Shown here: piece by piece, positions 12,142 to 24,950 of the stretch | Layout: each line of letters starts with the position of its first letter | Position numbering within the stretch: the first letter of the stretch is position 1 | Made by a program: the position numbers and the translations under genes | DNA from: Phoronis australis | Taxonomy: Eukaryota; Animalia; Phoronida | Direction of reading: 5' to 3' | DNA: 64,000 nt | Assembly (NCBI GenBank): GCA_002633005.1 | Contig: NMRA01000599.1 | Span: 124,001-188,000, forward strand | Notes under the pieces: generated by a model | Seen by the model: only the letters and a program-made list of their open reading frames with translations | What the model was told of the DNA's origin: nothing | Database searches by the model: none

Positions 12142-15100
12142 GTAAGTCCTAAGTCTAAAACAAAGAAACCTTCCCTGTTTAAAAAGATACCAAACCCGGC
12201 TTTAGCATATAAACAAATACTGAACATGACTTTCCCATCCAATTCTCTACAACAAAATAGCGCCCTATAACCCTCGACAATCCTCAAAAGCTTGGAGGGA
12301 AATTTAAAAACTCCTTTCAAAGCCTGCTAAACGGGAAGCGTAACCTACTCTTTTAGCGAATTACACGTCAATAATGTGAAGATATGACTCCCGGCAAGAA
12401 CCACAATATCCAAGCAGGTGACGTAACGGTCAAGGATTGGTTGAAATCATCAAAACAGGGTTTAGTATCCTTCTAAAGATAAATGGGTCTTAGGTTAGAC
12501 TTGCAGTAGCTAACAAGAAATATTTTACGCGAATAAAATCTTCACTGCATATGCTCGCTAAACGCATTTTGAGCTCTACAGTAACAAGACTAGTGCCTTA
12601 GGGTAATCCCCGTTACAGGTAATGGCGAGTCTCGACCGTTTTGACTTCATTTGGACCGGATGCGCGTCACAAACATCAAGTCGAGAAAAAGCAAATTCCA
12701 GCACGTTTCTGTTTAATGTAGTTACAGTATAGTCGAAATCATGGGGCTCATCGGTACTGGTTAGCAGGCACTCATCTGGTAGCATTTCGTATGTAACAGC
12801 CCATGCCGGTCTGGTACCAGCCCAGTATCGGACCGGTACTGGCTAGCAGGCGCTGATCTGGTAGCATTTCACATGTACCGGCCTGGTGCTGAGCTGGTGC
12901 TGAGCCCGTGCTGGTGCTAGAGCCGGCACCAGACCGATGCAAATAATGTGTGCAAACGGCACCTTGTGATGGTACCAGGCTGGTACGGGCCTGGTACCGC
13001 AATGTTAGCTTGGTAAGATACCACTACATTCTCACTTCCTCTTTGAATTCGTCCATTTTTGACGTCGAAGAAACGCTGAGCTTTTTACAGTTTTTTGCCA
13101 ACATAACTCTGGGTTCGACAATCTGACTAAGCATTGTATAACCTGAGTACAAACCTGGAGTGCGTTCCATAGATGCGAGAACTGCAAAAACGCAACACAC
13201 GCAAGACCTTGAGATTTGCCACCATGTAGTACAAGCGAAGCAAGTGATCATACTGGTTTACTTCGCGAGATACGTGCATCTGCGGTGTTCAGTTCTAGCG
13301 TACGGTCTAGCATAGACAGAGTGGTTTTGGCCAAAGATGCCTGTGTCCACCTGTCTTCTCTTTATTTGTCTTTCTTCAGATATAATCGGATTTAACTGAA
13401 AGAACTTACAACAACGGTGAGCATGATGAACTGTCCGCCTATATCCGGTTCCTTTGAACACCTTCTGGCGTTCATAAAGAACTGATGGATAGACTAAACC
13501 AACGCGGTTCATAAAGATGCTAAGTAGCCGAGGTTCGGATGTAGTGAAAACCTGTTTGGTGTGGCATGACTCTTATGCACAGCAATTCAATAAGGAACAG
13601 TCTGCTGTTGGGCCCCGTTATGACGTCAGATAGATTTAAGCTTGAAATTGCATTTCACCATCCCAATTTAGCTGTCAAAGAAACAAAAAAAAAAAACGAA
13701 TGAGTCTTTTGCTTTCATGAAACCCATCTCACGGTATTCCTTACCGTAACAGGATTCTATTTCAGTAACAAATACAAAAACAAACACATACACACAAAAA
13801 AATCATTAATTCAAGAAAACGCTTCAGGTGTTATTGGAATTAGCCAGTCCTAAAATTGCGAATTAGGAAAAGGCACATACACGCATCGTTGTCTTTATAA
13901 GGACTGTCGACTCATTCGGTTGATATTCCCTTCGGTTGAAAATTCGACATGGACAGCTAAACAGTGTCGAAATGTCACTTTGAATTTTGATTTGAACAAT
14001 GCCAATACATATCTTATAGCAGAAGTTGTTAACGCGAATGGCCTCTGCCTAGATTACTTGTAATGCCAAGATTACTTTTCCAGGAACGGAGGTGGAGCTT
14101 TTATGATACCCTACGTCATAATGCTGCTGATTGTTGGGATTCCCATATTCTTTCTGGAAGTTTCTCTTGGTCAGTTCTGTGGATCTGCCGGCGTGCATGC
14201 ATGGAACTTCTCGCCTTTTTTCAGCGGAATCAGTCACACAATGGTTTTGATATCATGTCTGTTCGCCATCTACTATAATATGATCATAGCTTGGGCAGTG
14301 TACTATTTCTTCGCTTCTTTTCAAAGTCCCCTTCCGTGGTTAAGTTGTCCCGAAGCAGAAAGTAGCGACTTCTGCATGTACAAGGTACCTGATATTAACG
14401 TAAGTGTTTGTTCTGCGAGAGACCTTAGTGTTAATGAGAGTGGCTATTGCTGTAACAAAACGACCGGAAAACCGATTGGCTTATATAATGCGTCGCTAGC
14501 AAAACTGGCAGGAATGACAAGACGATTGCCGGCTGAAGATTACCTAAAATACGTCTCCCTTGGAACAGCGCACAGCGAAGGACTACACGATCTTGGTGAT
14601 ATGCACTGGAAAATAACACTGAGTTACTTGCTCACGTGGGTGTTAGGGTATCTTTGCGTATTCAAAGGCATCAAAGCCACTGGTAAGATTGTGTATTTCA
14701 CGGCTTTGTTTCCATACGTAGTCCTTCTCACGCTGCTCATAAACGGAGCAACTCTGGACGGTGCGCTGGAAGGAGTCACGTATTATTTGAAACCTAATAT
14801 CAGCAAATTAGCCGAAGGGAGAGTGTGGAAGGACGCTGCCGTCCAAACCCTGTTCTCGCTGTCAGCAACCGAAGGAGGCCTCATAACGTTCGCCAGTTAC
14901 AACAGGTTTCACAACGATGTACTGAAAGATACATTTATTGTTAGTATCGGAAATGGATGCACAAGCCTCTTTGCTGGATTCGTCATATTTTCCTATCTGG
15001 GATACTTAGCTAAACAGCTTGGCACGGCTGTTGAAGACGTCGTAAGCGAGGGTGAGTTGCCGTGTTTGAACTACGTATGAACTGTACTTGAAACCTAAAG

Positions 15101-18100
15101 CGAACCTTTCCGCGCTTTGAGTTTGCTGTTGCCGCTAAAACGTCACTTTTTGAGCTAATAAAATTCTACCGAATTGGATAAAAACTCTACTCTGCTTGCA
15201 TATAACTACGTTAGGCATATTTCTAGAGAAAACTAAGTCGACGTAGCAGGTAAAAGAGCGATTCAAGTGGACTATAAATCCTAAATAGGTCAAAACTTTA
15301 TTGCACTTTCCGATTCTGAACAAAGGTCGACTTCTCTCACACATCAAATCCCAAACCTTGAACTAGCGATATGTACAAAACGAGTTAACAGCACTGACGA
15401 GTCCATCAATTAAATATACGCTTATAAACAAAACGGAAGTTTCACAAGAAAACTGATGCGTGGTTGTTGCTAGTGGTATCATCATCTCAATGCCATTAGG
15501 ATCAGGCCAAAACTGATGCATGATTGTTGCTAGTGGTATCATCATCTCAATTCCATAAGGATCAGGCCAAAGCTGCTTTCCGTAAAACGGGATTCTTTAT
15601 AACTTGGCGAGATCACGGTCGTCGGGTGAAAGGTCACCGAGTATTTTAACCAATGCACGTGATCTCACTAGCTTCCACGTCGCGTTGCGGAAATAAGGGC
15701 CACGATCCACTTCATAATGCCCAATGTTCGGCAAGCCGTTTAGCACATTATCTCTCTCTAGGAACTGCTTTGGTGTTTTCCGTTTATCCGATGGCAATGT
15801 CGAGTCTTCCGTTCCCACCCATTTGGTCCGTGCTGTTTTTCTTCATGCTCATTTTGATCGGCCTGGACAGTGCGTTTGCGAAACTTGAAACGATTCTTAC
15901 ATCCATCCTGGACAAATGGCCCCAACTACGAAGCAAGCGGGAACTTCTTTTGCTCGCCATCGCAGGTAGATCAGTTTATTAGCCAATACAGTAGGTCTTA
16001 AGAAAGTTGTAGCACCGTTGTGATTTACACCACTTATCGCTGTAAAATTGGCCTCAAATTTCTCCTTACTCGGATGAGAAGTGAATTTTGTCTTGCAAAG
16101 AACTGGCAGCATATTATTCCTCGAGGCCATGTTCGCCGAATGAAATGACGCGCCGTGACAAGTCAATTTGTAAAGACGGGATTCAAGCAACAACGAATTA
16201 CCACATCTTTTCAAACCCAGAAATCACATCTGTTTGACTAGGCAATAAGTTGAGACCAATTTTATAAAGGCAAGTGCTATAAATCTACAGTTCAGTTGTT
16301 TTTGTCACGGAAGGAGGGTTTATATCTGCGTCTTCACTCATTGTTTGCTGGTCCTTCTGGACGTGTGTACAAAAATAATAGAAACCAGGGGCCCATCCAT
16401 TTCAGTCAATTGTAAGATAAAACATAAGGTTTCAAAAACGAGATCGTGAACTTGGCTTAGGTTTTTGACATGAATTTTGTCTTAATTTCGTCTAACTTAC
16501 CGGATGTGGAAGTTTCAAAGCTTGGAAGTTAAGACAAATCTTAGCCTTAAGTCAAAAAATGAACTTAAGCCAATTTCTGGGAGCGGGTACCTGAAAAACG
16601 CGTTATTTCCACACAAAAGGAATTGAAAAGCTTCCAAAGAGGCCTTTGGTCAAACAAAACTCGAAAAGTTTAAGACATCTTACATGTTCTCATGAAAAAG
16701 CCATGCTTGCTTACAGCGAGAAAATTGGAAAAAGGAAATGTTTGTTTAGTTTCGAACTCTCAAAGTGGGCCTTTTTGCAGGGAACATTGTCGTGAAAGTC
16801 AGAGGAATTTTGCCAGAAAAGGCACCTTTTGGAAGAGGGACTGGTAGCGAAAAATGCCCCTTCTGAATGGCCCGTCCCGCATACACGAGCCTCTTCTGTG
16901 AGAGTATTCCGGAGAGATGAAGTTAGCGTCAGTAAAGAAATCAATATTGCCATCAATTCCCCTCTCCTTGGTGTTTTCACGTTCAATTGGGAACTTCAAC
17001 TCTCCGTATTGAAGAACCAATTACAAAACGTTTCACACCAAATCATAAACTAAAACAAAAATGTCACTGCACGAGGTTCAACACACAAAATTGGAAAAAA
17101 AATGATTTTGGGGGTAAATATTAGGAATAATTAGACTTCTTGTTATTAGTACGTTTGGCCAGAGCTATAAAACAGCGAAATTCAGTGTGGTTTTGTGTTT
17201 TTGTTAGAAATCGTGAATGCCCGATCTTATCAGTTGAAGCGGCAATTAACGCTTTGAAAAAACCACTTTTGATTTAGACCACTTGCCGCTGTAAAAATGA
17301 TCTCACAGTGGAGGTGATTCTTGATGGCCATAAAGAATCGACATTTCGTTATNACTAAAACAAAAATGTCACTGCACGAGGTTCAACACACAAAATTGGA
17401 AAAAAAAATGATTTTGGGGGTAAATATTAGGAATAATTAGACTTCTTGTTATTAGTACGTTTGGCCAGAGCTATAAAACAGAGAAATTCAGTGTGGTTTT
17501 GTGTTTTTGTTAGAAATCGTGAATTCCCGATCTTATCAGTTGAAGCGGCAATTAACGCTTTGAAAAAACCACTTTTGATTTAGACCACTTGCCGCTGTAA
17601 AAATGATCTCACAGTGGAGGTGATTCTTGATGGCCATAAAGAATCGACATTTCGTTATTACTTAACTAGAAACAAGGTCGCTGAATAAAGTGAAACGCCG
17701 TGACAAATGAAATTGTAGAGCCTGGTCTCAAGCTATAAACGAACTGTTAGTTTTTACCCAGACCAATAACAAAGAAATAATTTGGAACGAATCTCGTGGC
17801 GGTAAGTCGTCTCAAGCAAAATTTTTTTTTTGACGGAATGTGGGTTTATAACAGTTTCAAATACTCGGCTACCTGACATTGGCTTTTAGCTATAACAGCA
17901 AAACGTCGGACAGCGACCGCTGAGATAGTGGGTTTGAATATACATTTGGGTTGATCTGAAATACGTAATATTGTCGCTTGTGACGCCACTTTAAAGAAAA
18001 CCAAGGGTAGGTACCGTATTAGTGGAATGGCTGCAACAGATACGTCAAAACGTAGCGAGTGAATTGTAAGCATATTACTGTCATCCTTTCGTTGCAGTCA

Positions 18101-18810
18101 CCATGTTTTGCGCTGGACTGCCCATGTGTACCGACGGTGGTGAATATGTGCTGGCTTGGCTAGACAACTACGCCGGAGGATGGAACATGCTAATCGTCGC
18201 CTTACTGGAGTGCATCTCCATAGGATGGGTTTACGGCTTCAAGCGCTTTAGAAGCGACATCGCCTGCATGCTTGGGCAGCATTTTTGTAAATGTATCCCG
18301 TGGTGGCCAGTGTCATTCTGGTGGGGAGCCTGCTGGTGCGTGATTACACCCATGCTGTTAATGTTCGTTCTCATCTTTTCGTGGGCGTCAACGAAACCTT
18401 TAACTAACGGTGGCCACGCGTTTGCAAAGTGGACCGAGATACCGGGATACATTCTACTCGCCGTGAGCATTGTTCTAGCGTTTGGTAGGGGATTTTACTT
18501 GGTCGCAAGATCGAAAGGAAAACTTCGAAGTCGTTTCCAATCCGTGCTCCGGCCCACCAATGACTGGGGCCCAGCGTTAGTTCGCCACCGACAGTTAGTG
18601 ACTTGCTACGTGCCCGATTTCGCAATTGACCCGTGGGATGACCAAGACGATGAACACGAATGGCGAAGAGTCACGTTGATGTCCATAAGGCAAGATGTAG
18701 CAGCTAGAAAAGGAAAAGTTGATGTGCCTGTTACTACCGATGAAGCGCAAGATACCGTGGGCGAACAAACTGAGATAGAACGGGAAACTGAAGGAGAAAC
18801 TTACATTTAA
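11657..18810 (+). CDS. SLC6: SLC6 sodium- and chloride-dependent neurotransmitter/amino-acid transporter (glycine transporter GlyT2/ATB0,+-like); join(11657..12141,14084..15051,15762..15965,18098..18810), 789 aa
   Basis: SNF family signature [43 protein letters not shown] is rebuilt across intron 1. Further motifs: TM3 AIYYN, TM5 [17 protein letters not shown]6 [23 protein letters not shown]8 GLDS, TM10 GGEYV..LDNYA. All three introns are GT-AG with matching phases (2,1,1). Exon lengths 485+968+204+713=2370 nt give an open frame ending at TAA 18808-18810. Confidence 0.95.
12745..13015. repeat. GGTACC/CTGGTAC-rich subterminal repeat block, probable end of a non-autonomous DNA transposon in intron 1
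   Basis: Duplicated unit ggtactgg(t/c)tagcaggc.ct.atctggtagcatttc, many ggtacc palindromes, terminus aatgttagcttgg. Confidence 0.45.
14084..15051 (+). CDS. SLC6: SLC6 transporter coding exon 2 (TM2-TM7, EL2)
   Basis: Acceptor ttttccag at 14076-14083 followed by G AAC GGA GGT GGA (K-NGGG); donor G|GTGAGT at 15052. Confidence 0.95.
15449..15575 (+). repeat. 60-bp tandem repeat, about 2.1 copies, in SLC6 intron 2
   Basis: aaaactgatgc.tg.ttgttgctagtggtatcatcatctcaat.cca..aggatcaggcc occurs twice with 60-bp period. Confidence 0.9.
15762..15965 (+). CDS. SLC6: SLC6 transporter coding exon 3 (EL4-TM8)
   Basis: Acceptor tctctctctag ends at 15761; encodes [10 protein letters not shown]...[18 protein letters not shown]; donor G|GTAGAT at 15966. 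Confidence 0.93.
17049..17658 (+). repeat. 304/305-bp direct duplication flanking N at 17353 (probable assembly overlap artefact)
   Basis: 17049-17352 is near-identical to 17354-17658, separated by a single N. Confidence 0.9.
18098..18810 (+). CDS. SLC6: SLC6 transporter coding exon 4 (TM9-TM12 and C-terminal tail)
   Basis: Acceptor cctttcgttgcag ends at 18097; encodes [12 protein letters not shown]...[10 protein letters not shown]...WGP; stop TAA at 18808. Confidence 0.93.
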
Positions 18811-18962
18811 ACGTAACGGTCAAATAAATTATTCAAACTTGTATTCGTCATTTAGGAGCTCCAGCCACGGGTAGTTTTCAGGGTCCGACTGCGTAAAATT
18901 TGTACTCTAAAAGAGAATAATCACACCACACTTCGTTGCTAATGTTGAACAATGTCCCATGC

Positions 18963-18968
18963 AATAAA
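18963..18968 (+). terminator. Candidate polyadenylation signal AATAAA of the SLC6 gene (a second one lies at 18823-18828)
   Basis: AATAAA hexamers 13 and 153 nt after the stop codon; which one is used cannot be determined from sequence. Confidence 0.35.
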
Positions 18969-21900
18969 CAAAATGATCCAGCGGATGATTTTTAAGGTTT
19001 ATGCAGCACAGGCCAGGTGTTCCACCAAATATAAAGTATTCCCATTCTTAGTATCATTAATGTTATTTACGTTTTTAAAAGTGCCTGTCCACACACATGA
19101 TAGTAAAGTTGGTGTGCCCAAGTTAGGCGATTAAGACGGCTAAAATACAAATTGTATCAATTTTTCGTACGTTACACACAGAAACCAATCGTGTTCTTTG
19201 ATCTGAATCCAAAAAATCCCCAAATCCGCGTGTTCTTACATTCTCTAACAATACTTACGGACAAAGTCCTAAAAAGTGTCAAACAAATTTAAAGGCTAAT
19301 TACGTGCATATATTATTCATTCGTCGCCTTTCGATAACCATTGCTCGCCGCTACCAGCACCGATTGGGATTTAGCAAGCTAACAGTATTGGATAATGTCA
19401 TCGCGGAACCAACAGAGACCTCCACTGGAGGTGGGTGAGCGAAAAAACAAAAAAAACAAGTAAAAGAACCTCGAACAACTGTACTAAAGTGATGATTGGA
19501 AAGCAAATCGAAAAGTGGAATTATCTGCAGCCATTGTGGGAGAAACTGAATGTGAAAACAAACTACAGCGAATTACTAATGTTTATACGGCAACTTTTCA
19601 CTTCCATGCTCTGATACAAAAGTGTATAAGCAAAAGGAAACGCAGATCTTATGTAATATTTGAAGATTTCAAAAAAATTTCGACAGAGTTCAGTATACTC
19701 TATTCTTTTGCTGTTTATTTAAAAATGCCAATAACGGAAATGTTTTAAACCTTCTGCAGTCGTAAAATGAAAAACTTGAGTCATGTGTCAGGATTAAGGG
19801 TACGAATACTGACGCTGTTCATTGTAATATTGGTGTAAAACAGAGCTGGATGCTAAGCCCTTTTATTCACTATCTTTCCTCTAGATGAGATCATTAAAAT
19901 TCAGATCGTCAGAGAACTTTCGTTAACGATCAGTCGCCGGACGTTTTATGCCGTCTTTATGCAGATGTTATGGCTAAAATTTGACACACGTCCGGTTATT
20001 TACAAAATCAAACTCATGTTTTTGAACACTTAACTTTTACTATAATTTGACGAAGACAAAAAAGAAGGGTTCGTAAAAAGTCCGAAAAAGGTTTTAATAG
20101 TCACATGAAATTAAAGAAAGAAGTTCTATGTTACCCTTACCTTGGAAACATTTCTTCGCCATGTTTGTTTTGGACAAAAACGTCGACGAATTACATGTAG
20201 AAAGGCAAGAAACCCATGCTCAATATTATTGGCTTTGTACGTTAATGGCATGGACGTTGTATCGGCTTAATAAAGTCATAGTCCCTGTCTTATAATAATA
20301 TGGTTCGGAGGTTAAAAGTTTTCAGAGAGTGCGGAAGAGAATCTTCAATTTAAATTCTATAAACTGGTTTTTAGAGTAGGTGGTAATACAACTAATCCCA
20401 CAGCGTGAAGAAAATTAGGACGGCGGCCTCTGTGTACTTGTTATTATTTTTACAATATGTATTAAATACTGAAACTAAAAGAAATGTGGGAGCGCAGGCA
20501 CGCTAAGAAAAGGTGAAATGGTTGAACGCCATTTGTTGGAGACCATTAGAGTTGTATAAATAACGGTTTCGTTAGGTTTGGCTATAACACGATATTGGCG
20601 ACACTGATACTTTTATCAAAATGTCCACTCAAAGAGTCAGAGATTGTGCCTCTAATGAGAAAGTATTGTGTCAAAAAGCGACAGATGGGTGTTACTTCCT
20701 GCCTTACTGACGAATTGAGGAATGGCTTAATGTTTGAAGGTTTTAACATGTGTTGATCTCAGAAGAAATTTTTAAATTTCTTGAACATCAAACTTTTATT
20801 CAAATTATTGCCTTGAAATCAAATGTGTCAGAGTGTCAGCCGATCGCGAGCTAGAAATCTGTCCATTCTGTGAAAGCTAATGTATTTGGGATAGAAAAAG
20901 AGTTTCATTTTTAAATCGGTGTATGTTATACGGCAATCTCAGACAAATGCTTATTGCTTAACGGGAACATTAAACTTCTCAAGATTGCATGAAGTTCCTG
21001 AGGTGTGTGCACGAGTCTTTCCTTAAAGTTTGCAATGTTTGCAACAAAAGTATTCCACATTAGAAGTCTTCTGTGTGTTTTGTTTCAAAATATACAAAAA
21101 GGAAAAAGAAGAGAAAATGCACGCTTCCGCGCTGCGGCAAAGAGGAACAGGGTCAGATCTGACGGCTGAGAAACTAATGTGAACCTATTGCTAGTAACGT
21201 GACCCTGTCTTTCATCAATAGCTGGAGGAAAAACTAGTTTTGATTTATTAAAGCAGTAAAGCTCCATTCTGTGTGTATGACTGTGCAACTACATTACTAG
21301 CGGTTTCTATAACTCACTATACGTGCACCTGGCCATACCAGGCTGTTGGTGGTAATGAAATCTTGGTTAAGGATTTCACTTGGCTAAATCTAAAACTGCT
21401 GGCTAAACTAAACTAAAGACAGTTACTGTTCTACTGTACGAGATGTTTTCACTTAAATGCGTTCAAACAGTTAAACCGAAGAAGGCCAAATTAAAAATAG
21501 TGTTTATTTTCATGATGAGTTGATAACTACATTCTCGCACATTAGTCTGTTGATAATACCGCAATTTATATAGTTAGCTCACTAGAGAGATTCGATGTCG
21601 GGTCTAAGGACACGATTCTGACTTTTTAGGTCCCCAAAAATGAAAGAAAATGGGGAAGGCCAGGTTTCACGGCAACTTTGTGGAATAAATGGTGAAGACC
21701 AGAAATTTGGCCTCTTCTCTGTTTTACCTGGATACGGAAATCCCGTCATTTTCAGCAGACATCCTTGTTCAGTGGGACATCTTAGTCACGAATATAGGTA
21801 CCATTCAAGCAAATGAAAACTGGCCAAATATCCGATTGGTAATGACGTATTTTACTACATTTCTGGAATACAAAGTACAAGAGCAGTTATAGTCTTGTTT

Positions 21901-24059
21901 CCTCTGTGGTGGCGGGGCAGACGTGAATTTGTGATTTTAGAGAGAAAAATGCCAAAATCATAACTTTTTGGTTATTTTTGGCATCTCAAATTTTTCCGGT
22001 GGACGTAGCTAGGGAAGAAGACATGGCTTTGTAGAATTTCCTCACTTTTGAGAAACCTTATGATCGAGCGTGCTTTCTGTAAGTTATGCTTTTTATGTGT
22101 TGAGACAGGGTGTAAACAAGGGCTTTGTTGACGGTCAGACTAGAGATAACGTCAAGATTACTGACACTCGTGTTTATCGGATGTTTTATTTTGCGAGCGT
22201 GCGTGCTCCAACTTCCTGGTTAAAAGTTATCATCAGACAGCCAATAAAAAACCGTGCTTTTGGTACGCTGAGCCAAAAGCTTCACAAGATATCAGTGACG
22301 TCAGAATGTGAGCCCTGGAAACCAAGTTATATTTGTCATCTGTTGACTATTCAGTTACCTGAAGAACATTACAAAGCTGTCATTTATCACGATCACAAGT
22401 GTTTTGGCGTACTTTCATTATGGGATCGGTTCACAGTAAAGACGATCCGGTTCAAAGTAAATACCTAGCCAATACTGAATACCACGAAGGTACAGACTGT
22501 GCGTGGAAACAGGCTGGAATTGTGTGGACAAGAATTTGCGTATGTGGAAACTTTAAGAACGGCGAAACGGAGCGCCACACGGATGGAAATTGTAAATATT
22601 TGAAAAAAATCTATCACGGGCATTGTTATTTGATACCAGAGTGTTTCTGTGGGTTAAAGTAGCACATGAGAACCGAAGACGGATTTTGAATTTGATAATT
22701 TGGTTTAAAATCCGACTGCTTTCATTCAAATCTCAAAAACGGTATGGACTCCAAGTCAGGACAACAAGATCACCCATTTACAGTTAGGCTTTAAAAGAGG
22801 TGATCGTACAATGTCTAACTCGACTGTGACAATGCTCTTGGTGTGTCGTCGGTGGATATCTCGAGATCAGAAATGCATACGAACCACCTTACTAGGATAG
22901 GGACTACCAGGGAGATTTAACCGATAGAAATTTCGGGAATTTCCGTTAGACATAAGTGTAAGTGCCTTATGTGGTGATGGAGCTACAACTTTTTACTGCT
23001 CTGGATAATTTCCTTTACTGATTGTACAGTTCGTTTTGTCTTATCTCTAGCTAAATGGACTTGTGATCTATGAACCCTTGACATGCTGAACCATCCCTGC
23101 TACTCATTGTCAAACAATGAAGTCAAGTACAGCGCACCTCTAGAATTCGAGATATCTGTTTATTGAGTTTCAAGATTTTCTTTGAAATACGGAATATTTA
23201 ACCCATTCCCAAAAGCTTTCGTGTAGACGCCGGACAGAACTACCCTCCCTGTACAGTGTACTGCAGTGTACTGAAAATGTCGACAATACGTATTGAATTC
23301 ACGTTTGTTTTGTTGTTATTTATTTTTAAATTTAGGAAAGGCACAACTTTTTATTGTTAGATTTTGTACAGTAGTTAGTTTGTCTACCCATACCTCACTA
23401 AATAATTATACTCAAACAGCCTAGTCACCATTCGTAAATTGTACAGTCAGTCTCCGTCACTTCAAATTTACTGTTTGCAATTTCGAAAAACTAACGATTG
23501 TTTTGTCACGTTAGACTGTGTGAGTTTTGTATAAAAGATAGCTATGCTTTGTGATTCTGTGTGTTCATGGTATGGATTAAATCCAGTACCTAATTAGTAC
23601 ATAAAAATCCATAATTAACACCAGCGATAATATTAAATGAATCACAATTAATAATGAAACGTCTTATGTTCTATCAAAAAGGTTCTACATGTTCCTATAA
23701 CTACCCCTACTGTCTTTAACAGCGTACTTGCTGGTCACAGTCCGTCGTGACGCAACACCTGTTGGTAGAATCCCGTTACTCACAATGCTCATGAAACAAA
23801 GTCTTTTTTTAAAGTGATATATATTTATCGAAGAATACACAAAACATACAAAGAAATGATGACAAACCCAGAAATCGCGAAGCATTATATGTGGGTTGTA
23901 AACAATTCATAAATGAAACTAATATACATAGAGGTATATACATTTAAGTAGTATCTAATATAAGTATCCCAATATTTAGATATGCTATTGCGAATATATA
24001 AAAACAAAAACATGTACAGATTCATGTATGGAAATCAGAAGCAGCAATATTGATAAACG

Positions 24060-24950
24060 GTACATAAAAATTTGTTAACGTTGCTCAGGAGGAATCCATT
24101 GAGAACGACGTCAAAGTTAGGACTATCATTCAATAATAATGTAACTTTAGTAGGGATATTATTACAAGAATTGAGAACATCAACAATTGATTGGTTTTCA
24201 TTGAGTGCACGAAAGAGTGAGTCTCTCAGGTATTCGATGAGGGGACATTTGAAGAAAATATGAGGATAAGATTGATGGTCACCACATTTACAGTTTGGAG
24301 AAACTTTCCTAAAGTTATGCCTAAACTTGCCAGAATTGAGGAAAAGACCACATCTTTATCTTTACAATGCTATTTCGTTATCGCGGGGAAGGGAGAATTA
24401 AGTTAAGGGTGCTGAGCTATCAAAAGTGTGAAAAACAGTTCTAAAATTATTTTTTATACTCGTAAATGAGTTGGTTGCTTTCCTTAACAGATACTGGAAG
24501 AGAATTCCATTCCAGGTGTTGATGCACATCGTGACTGTAGACCTTCTGAATGCCTGACTGAATTGCATTTGGGGTGGAGGATCTCAAATTACTACGATGG
24601 CCTTGTCTAGTGTATAGATCAAATATTTTTTTGACAGAGGCGTTGTTGACGTTGTTTATTTCTTTGAAAGTAAATGTGGTCATGTGAAGATTGCGTAGAG
24701 TAGACAGTTTGGGCCACTTGAGACTATTCAAAACCTTAACACTATTAGATCCCGTGTAAGCTCCGGCTATGAGTAAGGCAGCTTGATACTGTAATTTCTC
24801 CAAATGTTGTATTGCACACGTATTGGCCGACTCATATATGATATCACAATAATCGATGATTTGAACAAAACTTCTAAATGTTTAGAATTCCGATGACGAG
24901 AGACAAGCTTAAGTGGGTTAATTAGTTTCTGAGTTTTTGTACGAGCTCCC
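24060..24950 (-). mobile_element. 5'-truncated non-LTR retrotransposon ORF2 C-terminal remnant (CR1/L2- or RTEX-like) with CCHC knuckle
   Basis: LEKLQYQAALLIAGA...LKWPKLSTLR...EWNSLP followed by SPNCKCGDHQSYPHIFFKCP on the minus strand, with frameshifts. Confidence 0.8.

Noticed and set aside
13024-13512. Coding-like minus-strand frames in SLC6 intron 1
   Set aside because: Interrupted by stops in every frame with no motif I can recognise; left unassigned.
15449-15575. CRISPR-like repeat array
   Set aside because: Two adjacent 60-bp units with no unique spacers, inside a eukaryotic intron.
17049-17658. 305-bp tandem duplication in SLC6 intron 3 as a biological repeat
   Set aside because: The copies are separated by a single N; this is a typical contig-overlap artefact.
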